A stretch of DNA of 64,000 bases from contig OX597827.1 in the NCBI GenBank assembly GCA_951406725.2, positions 67,952,001 to 68,016,000 on the forward strand, given 5' to 3'. This document shows, one piece after another, positions 52,519-62,939 of the stretch (position 1 is the first letter of the stretch; each line of letters begins with the position of its first letter). Below the pieces are notes generated by a model. It did no database searches, was not told the origin of the DNA, and saw only the letters and a program-made list of their open reading frames with translations. This DNA comes from Octopus vulgaris (lineage: Eukaryota). The position numbers and the translations under genes are program-made.

Positions 52519-52935
52519 GGATCTTTTCGGTTTGAACGGCAGTTTTTAAAAATAATTTATTTCCACGTAACTAAACACTTTTAAACTTCGTATACTGGTA
52601 GAATGTGTTTGTAAAACATCTTTTTCTCTTGGCTTTATTGAGAAAATTCTATAGTTTGTAAGATATTTGTTGGGGTTTTTTCTTCAATTTCTGCAATTTC
52701 AACCAATCAATGACGTCTATTGAGGTGAAAACATTCTGTGCCGTATGAAAATGTCCCTCGTTTAAGGAACAGATTGGGTTTATTTACATTTGTGAAGAAA
52801 AAAAGATACCCTTCCCCCACCCCTAACCCTAAAACAGATCGAAATGCAATTGATCGATACTAGGGTCATAATTATGGGTGACAAATTTCATATGACACCG
52901 CTAGAAAAAAACTGCTGTTCAAACCGAAAAGATCC
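52519..52935. mobile_element. MITE with ~29-bp TIRs (MULE- or hAT-like)
   Basis: ggatcttttcggtttgaacggcagttttt / aaaaactgctgttcaaaccgaaaagatcc; flanks taaaaaaa / taaaaaac (probable 8-bp TSD); internal ccctaaccctaa. Confidence 0.87.
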
Positions 52936-53320
52936 TAAAAAACATAGTTTGTGAGAGAAAATGACTCAACAAACAAACAAACCAAAAATATGCTTCAAGC
53001 CATCTTCAGTCTTGTCATAGAATCATTGAAAAGACAAAAAGAAGATGGCTACGGAATTCACAAACACGTTGCTTAAAAAAAGCATTAAAACGAAGAAAAT
53101 TTACATCTTACACTTATATAGAACGTGTTTTACATTTATTTAGAGTAATACGTGGAAAGGATAGTACAGTGTTGTTGTTTGTTTTGTTTTTTTTAACAAA
53201 ATACAACATATGAAAAACTGTTTATTTTATGCAAAGTGTTGTCTGTGTTTGTGAATTAACACCTAACGTCTGCCACGGGGAAAAACAAGAAAAACTACTG
53301 GATTAAATGAATATGTGTAC

Positions 53321-53353
<33 letters not shown>

Positions 53354-53387
53354 CATATATTGTATGTATGTATACAAACACATACGT

Positions 53388-53429
<42 letters not shown>

Positions 53430-53434
<5 letters not shown>

Positions 53435-53574
53435 TGTAGGAGTGGCTGCGTGGTAAGTAGCTTCCTTACGAACCACATGGTTCCGGATTCTGAGCAAGTG
53501 TCTTCTACAATAGCCTCGGGCCGACCAAAGCCTTGTGAGTGGATTTGGCAGACGGAAACTGAAAGAAGCCAGTC

Positions 53575-53610
<36 letters not shown>

Positions 53611-53860
53611 GTGTGTGTGTGTGCGCGCGCGCGCGCGTGTGTGTGTTTGTGGGTCTGTGTTTGTCCTCCCAACATCGCTTAACAACCGATGGTGGTGTGT
53701 TTACGTCCCCGTAACTTAGCGGTTCGGCAAAAGAGAACGATGAATAAGTACTAGGCTTACAAAGAATAAGCCCTAGGGTCGATTTGATTCGACTAAAGGC
53801 GGTGCTCCAGCATGGCCACAGTCAAATGACTGAAACAAGTAAAAGAGTAAAAAAGAGTAT
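53430..53860 (+). mobile_element. SINE-A, full length with a small deletion in the head
   Basis: Colinear with the consensus. Confidence 0.9.
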
Positions 53861-54150
53861 ATATATATATGTGTGTGTGTGTGTGTATCTACAAACTATG
53901 TATAAACATACAGTTATTATTATTATTGTTGTTGTGTGCTGTTCACGCCTTTCTCTACAATTTCCTCCTGTCTGGCAGTCTGAAGATGTACTTCAGCATG
54001 AAACGTTACAGAGCGCCAAACTAATAAATGTAATGCGTTATCGCCTTGAATCTTCCGTATTGTATTTTTGTCCATTTTTATTCATCCTTGCATAGAAACA
54101 CACATATATATTTAAATAGACAGACAGACACACATAGACAGACAGCTAGG

Positions 54151-54216
<66 letters not shown>

Positions 54217-54217
<1 letters not shown>

Positions 54218-54371
54218 GTTTCTTTATTAGCCACGCAGGCCTGAACACAGGGGGGACAAATTACAAAGTAGAGCTTTTCTTTTGGGGGAGAAAAAAGGGC
54301 GGAGTAGGTTTTCGATCAAAAGGGATTGTAAAAAACACGATCAATAGGGATCAATAGGCTAATAAAGAAAC

Positions 54372-54429
<58 letters not shown>

Positions 54430-54495
54430 GGAATGGAAGCACTCCGTCGGTTACGACGATGATATCTATCTATGACAGAAATGTCATGATGCAAA
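54217..54495 (-). mobile_element. Rearranged L1/Tx1-like 3'UTR copy within (GATA)n
   Basis: Matches 23025-23245, interrupted by an inverted copy of its own 3' end plus (TATC)n. Confidence 0.7.
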
Positions 54496-54496
54496 G

Positions 54497-54556
<60 letters not shown>

Positions 54557-54945
54557 CAGACAGATATACACTGGTACTTATATATAATACATACGTGTGT
54601 ATGTGCTTACTGAAACTTGGGTGCTTCAGCGTCTTATGACAGACAGAGCTAGCTGACAGATTGGGCAGGCGCATTGTACCTCACTATAGATCCCGCCACA
54701 ATCTGTTTGAGAAAATAAGTGAAAGATCGCTGTTGCAAAATTTCACGCATATTACGGATATTCTAAATGCTATGCGTGACATTTATGCTTGTGACCTACG
54801 TTTTTTTTTTTGTTTGACTTTTATTAATGTATATATGAATGAGGTAGTGTGACCTATATATGCATGAATGGGGTTCTATCTGTTTGTGCGTGTATGTTTG
54901 AATGCATCCTGTATGTGTATCTGACCTATATATATACTCTTTTAC

Positions 54946-55480
54946 AGGGCGGCGAGTTGGCAGAAACGTTAGCGCGCCGGGCGAAATGCTTGGGGGGATT
55001 TCGTCTGTCGTTACGTTCTGAGTTCAAATTCCGCCGAGGTCGACTTTGCCTTTCATCCTTTCGGGGTCGATAAATAAAGTACCAGTTTCGTACTGGAGTC
55101 GATGTAATCGACTTAATCCGTTTGTCTGTCCTTGTTTGTCCCTTCTATGTTTAGCCCCTTGTGGGCAGTAAAGAAATATATATACTCTTTTACTTGTTTC
55201 AGTCATGTGACTGTGGCCATGCTGGAGCACCGCCTTTAGTCGAGCAAATCGACCCCCCAGAACTTATTCTTTGTAAGCCTAGTACTTATTCTATCGGCCT
55301 CTTTTGCTGAACCGCTAAGTTACGGAGACGTAAACACACCAGCATCGGTTGTCGAGCGATGTTGGGTGGGACAAACACAGCCCGAGGCTACAGTATAAGA
55401 CACTTGCCCAAGGTGCCACGCAGTGGGACTGAACCGAGAACCATGTGGTTGGGAAGCTTCTTACCACACAGCCACTGTTG
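54946..55480. mobile_element. SINE-B (+, 54946-55178) inserted at the tail of SINE-A (-, 55185-55480)
   Basis: TSD tatatatactcttttac on both sides of SINE-B. Confidence 0.9.
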
Positions 55481-55512
<32 letters not shown>

Positions 55513-55681
55513 ATATCACGTGATCACGTGACCGACCAGGCTATCAGATGTTGCTACACATCGCTGGTCACAATGCGCATCGCATTGTTTTAGCCTTCAA
55601 ATGACGCCACCCCGCTGGCTAAGCGAGCAGGCCAATGTATATATATATATATATATATTCATATATTTATATATATGTGTG

Positions 55682-55733
<52 letters not shown>

Positions 55734-56385
55734 GGATTTGGTTTGCAAGATTCTTTATGTGAGTTCGTGTGTTGAAGCATATTCTATTGTGTCTGGGGAG
55801 AGTCAAATTTCAAGACGCAACGAAAATTTTAGGAAAATAAAAATAAGAAGTAAGTGAAAATTTTACCGGTGATTGTGTTAAATTATAAGGCACAAAAAGA
55901 AAATGACTTTCCCCAGACACAACAGAATATATATGTGTGTGTGTGTGTGTGTGTGTTTATGCGTGTGACATCGTTTCAGATTTTGTTAAAGTTATATTGT
56001 CGCACCCTCTCGCTTACATAACCGTACAAATTACTGTCGCAGATAGTAACAGCTATGTCTAGCAGGTCGGGCGGACGAGGCGGGTCAATCTGTCCGTATT
56101 GGCTCGATACAACGAATATCGTCGCTTTGGTGCAACAAAAATTTGGTCATTAATGTTCATAGCATTACTTGGCACCAGGACAACAACACAATCATCAGTT
56201 ATATTTGAAGAGCTGATCAGTTCAACAGATGGCTTCTGCAGTCTGTGACGCAAAACAGCACTTTAAGCGCGTCCGATTTTGAGATAGGTTTAACTCGTTC
56301 TAGTTATAGCTCTGTAAACATACATACATACATACATACATACATACATACATACATACATACATACATACATACGTACGTACGT

Positions 56386-56835
56386 ACTTATGCTGAACTA
56401 TTGAGAAATCTGCACTTACTCTATCCAGATTACAAGTTCAGGTAATTATTGTAGGTATTGGGGCCTTAGGATATGTAACAAACTGCCTAAATACCAGTCT
56501 TTAGAAATTAGGCTTCTCAAAAGCAGGAACGAGAAAGCTACAGATCGCATCACTGGAATTGTAAAAATGTGTAAAACTTTCTAAATGTTTATCATTTAAA
56601 AATATATATGAGCATGTCTAAATATGCAAGTATATGCATAAGAATACATACATAAAACATACAAATCTGCACAAAGGGCGGTGCCCCAGCAAAGGGCGGT
56701 GCCCCAGCAAAGGGCGGTGCCCCAGCATGGCCTCAGCCGGATGGCTGAAACAAGTAAAAGAGTAAAAGAGTAAACATACATACATACGTATGCTGAACTA
56801 TTGAGAAACCTGCACTTACTCTATCCAGACTACAA
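56386..56835 (+). mobile_element. Two short RLE-LINE family 2 fragments (56386-56671, 56788-56835) separated by a CR1-type tail
   Basis: YAELLRNLHLLYPDYKFR at both; each is preceded by (CATA)n. Confidence 0.8.
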
Positions 56836-56984
56836 TATATACTACGTACATAGATTTATGCATATATATGTACATATATACATATATATGTATATATACA
56901 CACAGACACACACGTATACGTACTTCACACTCACACACACGCACGCACGCACACACACACACACATATATATATACACATATAC

Positions 56985-57135
56985 GACAGGCTTCTTTCAG
57001 TTTCCGTCTACCAAATCCACTCACAAGGCTTTGGTCGGCCCGAGGCTATAGTAGAAGACACTTCCCAAGGTGACACGCAGTGGGACTGAACCCGGAACCA
57101 TGTGGTTGGTAAGCAAGCCACTCCTACGCCTATAT
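56985..57135 (-). mobile_element. SINE-A 5' half
   Basis: Reverse complement of the consensus head. Confidence 0.85.
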
Positions 57136-57278
57136 ATATATAAACTTGCACGCACACGCGTGCGCGTACGTGCATACATACATACATACATACACACGCA
57201 CATGCATACATACAGTAGTGCAGTTTGAGTGCTTGCCGTCTGGGGTCCTTGTACGTGTGTCTTTAAGGATATATATAT

Positions 57279-57837
57279 ATAACAAATTAATAAATAAAAC
57301 ATATGCAAATATGCATACATATATGTACGTACCTACCTCTACATGTATATATACATGCATATATGGGTGTAGGACACCCAAAAAACGTCGAACAGAGTGA
57401 GAAACGAAAACATAAACACAAAATCAAGGAAATGGACATTTTTCTTAAACAACGAAAAAATAGAGTACAGGACATACAACACAAGGAAGATTTCCCCTTC
57501 TTCAGTCGCCTCTGTTTCATCTACCCCGCATTTTCGAAGGTCAAGGGGAGACACGACTTCGGTGAAACATTCCTTGACCTTCGAAACGCGGAGTAGATGA
57601 AACAGAGGCGACTGAAGAAGGGGAAATCTTCCTTGTGTTGTATGTCCTGTACTCTATTTTTTCGTTTTTTAAGAAAAATGTCCATTTCCTTGGTTTTGTG
57701 TTTATGTTTTCGTTTCTCATTCTGTTCGACGTTTTTTGGTGTCCTGTACCCATATATGCATGTATATATACATGTAGATGTAGGTACGTACATATATGTA
57801 TGTATATATGCATATGTTTTATTTATTAATTTGTTAT
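57279..57837. repeat. ~560-bp near-perfect palindrome (arms about 268 bp, 25-nt spacer)
   Basis: 57279-57546 is the reverse complement of 57572-57837; mirror-image ORFs appear on both strands of the track. Confidence 0.95.
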
Positions 57838-57883
57838 TATATGACGGAATGCACGCATCCATTTCTAAGTAAGTTTGTTCTTA

Positions 57884-57933
<50 letters not shown>

Positions 57934-58474
57934 GTATGTATATATATATATATATATACAAGTGTCATACGTGTGTGTCTATGTGTATATATAATTACGT
58001 ATGTAATGTATGTATGTATGTATGTATGTATGTATGTATGTATGCATGTATGTATGTATGTATGTGTGTATGTATGTATGCATGTATGTATGTATGTATG
58101 TATGTATGTATGTATGTATGCTTGCCGCCTGGGGTCCTTCAAAACCGCCGCCCCCACAAAAAGCATCACCCAGTGCGGGTCGTCCCATCACCACCCTCAC
58201 CATCTACCAGCTGCTCATCTATACACACACACATACACACACACGCACATACACACAAACATATACGCCGTAAAGTGCAAAGTAAGCTAATCTCCTTTAC
58301 TTTGTAATAGCTTGCATCATCTACCATCAGCGATGTGGCCAGTATGAGCCACCTTCCAATAATGTCATTTGGGGCCAGATGTAGCCCCTTTGTTCCCTTA
58401 TAAACCAACGCAAGAATGATCCACTTTGATACTTCATGGTGTAAAATGTAACCGGTTCCGTGTGAATGTTGATC

Positions 58475-58683
58475 TTTCATCTTTTTACTCGCTTCCACCA
58501 TTTGACAGCGGCCATGCTGGAGCGCTGTCTTAAAGAGTTTTAGGGGAAAAAATCGACCCCAGGACTTATTCTTTGTAAGAATAGTACTTATTCTATCGGG
58601 CTCTTTTTGCTGAACCTCTAGTTTACGGAGACGCAAACAAACCAGCATCGGTTGTTAAGCAATGCTGAGGTGGTACAAACACA

Positions 58684-58721
<38 letters not shown>

Positions 58722-58920
58722 GAGAAAGAGAGAGAAAGAATATTTGTGGTTTAGTGCTATACATATATATATATGTGTGTGATGGGCTCAGGCTTCTTCC
58801 AGTTTCCATCTACCAAATCCACTCAAGGATTGGTCGGCCCGAGGCTAAAGCAGAAGACACATACCCAAGATACCACGCAGTGGGACTGAACCCGGAACCA
58901 TGTGGTTTGGAAGCAAGCTT
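58475..58920 (-). mobile_element. SINE-A, diverged
   Basis: Reverse complement of the consensus. Confidence 0.85.
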
Positions 58921-59278
58921 CTGATTATATCTAGTTTGGTTGTGGAAACTCTTCGGAGTTTCATATAATTTATAGGAGTTGAATTTGTTTCCTCATAACT
59001 TTCAAGAAACTGGATATTATTTGGTGAAATTTCCGACATATATGTTTCAAATGGTGTAGTTTACGATTATATCGGAATTCAAGGTGCTGCATCTCCGTGA
59101 TACAGCACGGAGTTTTGTCAGTGAGCAGGTCGCGGTCTTTAAGCGACGAAAATATTTTGACAAATTAAACTTAAATGTTGCAGTGAATCGAACGGCTTTT
59201 GTGTGTTTCTTAAATGGCTTACAAACACCTTCCACGCTGCAATTGTTATATATATATATATATATAATACAAATATAA

Positions 59279-59310
<32 letters not shown>

Positions 59311-59537
59311 ATATAAACAAAGTAACAAGGAAGTTTTGAAAAGAAATTCATGGAGTGTTTAGTTGAACAAATTGCACCCAGTATTATTAGATTTGTTAAA
59401 GCTTGTTAGTTTTTTTAAAGCCAGCCAGGTTATGAGGGGGCGGAGATAAACAAACTGACACCGTTTGTCATACATTAAAACACATACACACACATATATA
59501 TATATATATATAATCGTATGTATGTATGCATGTATAC

Positions 59538-59583
<46 letters not shown>

Positions 59584-59599
59584 CTATATTTATATATAT

Positions 59600-59640
<41 letters not shown>

Positions 59641-59728
59641 CATATATACAAACATATGTACTTATATCCAACATACACACTCATTCTGTTCATACACACA
59701 CACTCACACACATACATACACATATAAG

Positions 59729-59770
<42 letters not shown>

Positions 59771-60228
59771 TACATACATACGTAGACAGAGAGAGAAGAG
59801 AAAGACAGAAAGAAACTGACACTCTCACAATCTCTCACTCACACACACACACATATTTGAGACAGAAAAACAGAGAGAAATTGAGAGAGAGACAGAGAGA
59901 GAGAGACAGAGAGAGAAAGAGAAAATGAGTGGGAGTGAAAGGCAATCAGACAGACAGACAGACCAGCAGAGAAAGGGACAGAAGGGGCCACGCAGAATGA
60001 TAAATGTGTTACGAAAGACACCTCCTGAAGCCAGATATATTTAAACGCTCTTCTGCATGCACCAGAGACTGCAGTAGCCATCTGTTTAACTGATCAGCTG
60101 TTTAATATATCTGATTAAGGTGCTATTGGACAGGTGCCAAGCTCCACTGCAGTTATTTATCTATATTAATATATCTATCAATCTATTTCCCTCCTTCCCA
60201 GTATCTATCAATCTCTCTACCCCACCCA

Positions 60229-60327
<99 letters not shown>

Positions 60328-60337
60328 CGTGTATATG

Positions 60338-60373
<36 letters not shown>

Positions 60374-60676
60374 TGTACATATGTGTATGTGGGTGTATGT
60401 ATATATAGGTGTAAATATGTGTATATAGGGAACTAGGTGTGTTGTGTGTGCATGAGTGTATGTGCGTATGAATATATATTTTTCTGTGTATATATGTATG
60501 TGTGGTCGTGTGTATATATATACATGTGTGTATGCGTGCATGCATGGGAGTGAGTGTATGCATATATACGTGTGTGTATGTGTAGACAGGTATATGCATG
60601 TGCATGTGTATAAATTTGTATATGTGGGCGGGTGTATGTATGTGTGTATGTAGATATGTATGTATATGTGTATATA

Positions 60677-60713
<37 letters not shown>

Positions 60714-61035
60714 GAGTATATATATGTGTGTAGATGCGTATACATATGTGTATAGGTATAAGTGAGAATCTCCTTATTTACCTATAACTCTATCCCCCCT
60801 TTTTTTATATATATATTTTTTTATATATATATTTTTTATATATATTTTTTATTTTTTTATTTTTTTATTTTATTATTTTTTTATTTATCTATTCTTTCAT
60901 CTAACTTACCACTGACTCCTTGACCACTCCCCCAAGTATGATATTTTGCGCTATGCCTACCCCCAAAAAAGTCCCCCACCACCACTCCTTTAAACCTGCC
61001 TAAATGTATAAATGCTAATACAATTCTTGTTAAAT

Positions 61036-61086
61036 AGCTTCCTGAAGATTTCTCTTGAATGAAACAGTACTAGTCCTGTAGAAGCT
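61036..61086 (+). ncRNA. Minimal type-I hammerhead ribozyme motif (Penelope-like pseudo-LTR context)
   Basis: Stem I AGCTTC/GAAGCT; CTGAAGA 61042-61048; stem II ttc-tctt-gaa with a U.U closing mismatch; GAAA 61061-61064; stem III ACAG/CTGT with loop TACTAGTC; GUA triplet 61078-61080; AATAAA just downstream. Confidence 0.72.
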
Positions 61087-61169
61087 CCTTCTATATAATA
61101 AATTAATTTTACTCTGCTATGTATTGAGTACCTTACTTACTGTGGTTAACCCCGAATCAACCCGGGACC

Positions 61170-61221
<52 letters not shown>

Positions 61222-61227
61222 TACACA

Positions 61228-61279
<52 letters not shown>

Positions 61280-61540
61280 TTATATCTTTTACTTATTTCA
61301 GTCATTGAACTGCGCCCATTCTGGAACACCGCCTTGACGAGTTTGGTGGACAAAATCAACCCCAGTTCATATTTTTTTTTAATTTAATACTTATTTTAAC
61401 GATTTCTTTTGACGAACTACTAGATCACGGACACAGAAACGAAACAACATCGGTTGTCCAGTGATATGGGTAGAAACACAAAGCCCACACACAACCGCAT
61501 ACTAATACACACACGTATATACTTACAGATATATGTATAC

Positions 61541-61929
61541 ACTAGCAGTATCGCCCGGCGTTGCTCAGGTTTGTAAGGGAAATAACTATAAAGCATTTTT
61601 AGAGAGTTATAGCCAAAAAATAGCAAAAAAATGGAAAAAAAATTATGGTAAATTTTTTTTTTTGAGAGTTAAAAAAGGTGGAGTTGCGTCCCCTAGACGG
61701 TCTGTGGTTTGGGTTTCTGATTCTCGACCCCATGTCGAATTTATCGATTTTTTTCAGAACTGGGGGAACTTTTCAACATCTTCGCTGCGTTAGTTTTGAA
61801 TTATGACATTGGGCTATGTGTGTGTCAAGTTTCATCAGAATCGGTTGAAAGCCGTGGTCAGAGTGAGGGTACGAGAAAACAGACACACAGAAAACGCACA
61901 GACAAACTGCCGTTTATATAGAGAGAGAT
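61541..61929 (+). mobile_element. Helitron/Helentron-like non-autonomous element
   Basis: Begins ACTAGCagtatcgcccggcgttgctc; contains aagtttcatcagaatcggttgaaagcc; ends acagacacacag..tttatatagagagagat, the layout recalled for Lep1/HINE-like elements. Confidence 0.65.
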
Positions 61930-62096
61930 ATGTGTTTTTGCGTGTGTACGTATATGTGTGTGTATATATACACATGCATGCATCTATGCATGTATGACTG
62001 TATGTATGTATACGTTTAGGTATCTATGTATCTGCGTATGTATTCATACATTCTGCTGCCGCTGCTGCTGCTGCTTCATCTATAATGGATGGCAAT

Positions 62097-62142
62097 TTTG
62101 TTGTTGTTGTTGTTGTTCTTCTTCTTCTTCTTCTTCTTCTTC

Positions 62143-62211
<69 letters not shown>

Positions 62212-62243
62212 GCATTGTTGTTGTTGTTGTTATTATTATTATT
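62097..62243. repeat. (TTG)n(TTC)n(TTA)n array
   Basis: Direct reading. Confidence 0.95.
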
Positions 62244-62780
62244 GAGTGAGAGAGCAGTGCATGCCATCAAAGTGACGCTGGGGTAAAATATACGAAGCCC
62301 AGTATACCCATCATGACTACCCGTCTGATAAGAGTACACCAGCTACATGCATCACAACCATATGTGCGCGACATGGTGATCTCATATCAAGATAAACAAC
62401 GCATGACCTTGCGGGTGGGGCCCAATTTTGAAATTTCTTCAGGTCGAGTAGGCCATCCTGCTCAAAAGGTCCCTGAATGAGGGTTTTTTAAGGATGACGA
62501 ATAAAACACCCATGTTTCCAGAAGTGAATTATCCAAACCCCAAACAATTCCTCTCAACACATGGCTATGATGCTCCCCCACTACTTCTGCTCGTGATCAG
62601 AGATGTACATATCGTCAGCCACTAAGGGACATGGTCAACTGGTTATGGTCAAACAACTGACTGGAATTGAGCAGAATATTTGCTGTAGCCCATCTTTTAT
62701 ACCAAGACAAAACAATGTATATGATAACACTTCCAATCAGTTAAGATCAGAAGCCACGGGAGCCAATGCCTGGTACTGCA
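62241..62780 (-). mobile_element. Unclassified ~540-bp non-coding retroposon ending in (TAA)n
   Basis: Second partial copy at 28238-28625; minus-strand 3' end ..ctctctcactcaATAATAATA; both ends abut ATT/ATC arrays. Confidence 0.7.
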
Positions 62781-62802
62781 ATCATCATCATCATCATCAT
62801 CA

Positions 62803-62866
<64 letters not shown>

Positions 62867-62880
62867 CATTATCATCATCA

Positions 62881-62936
<56 letters not shown>
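62781..62936. repeat. (ATC)n/(ATT)n array (tail or target of the adjacent LINE)
   Basis: Direct reading. Confidence 0.95.

Positions 62937-62939
<3 letters not shown>

Noticed and set aside
52815-52835. Interstitial telomere (CCCTAA)2
   Set aside because: Only two units and internal to a MITE.
53975-54030. Hammerhead-like CTGAAGA..GAAACGTT followed by AATAAA
   Set aside because: Boxes are present but stems I and II pair poorly; at best a decayed remnant.
55980-56310. Possible host exon in unique-looking sequence
   Set aside because: Short ORFs on both strands with no recognisable motif or convincing splice pair; needs RNA-seq or BLASTx.
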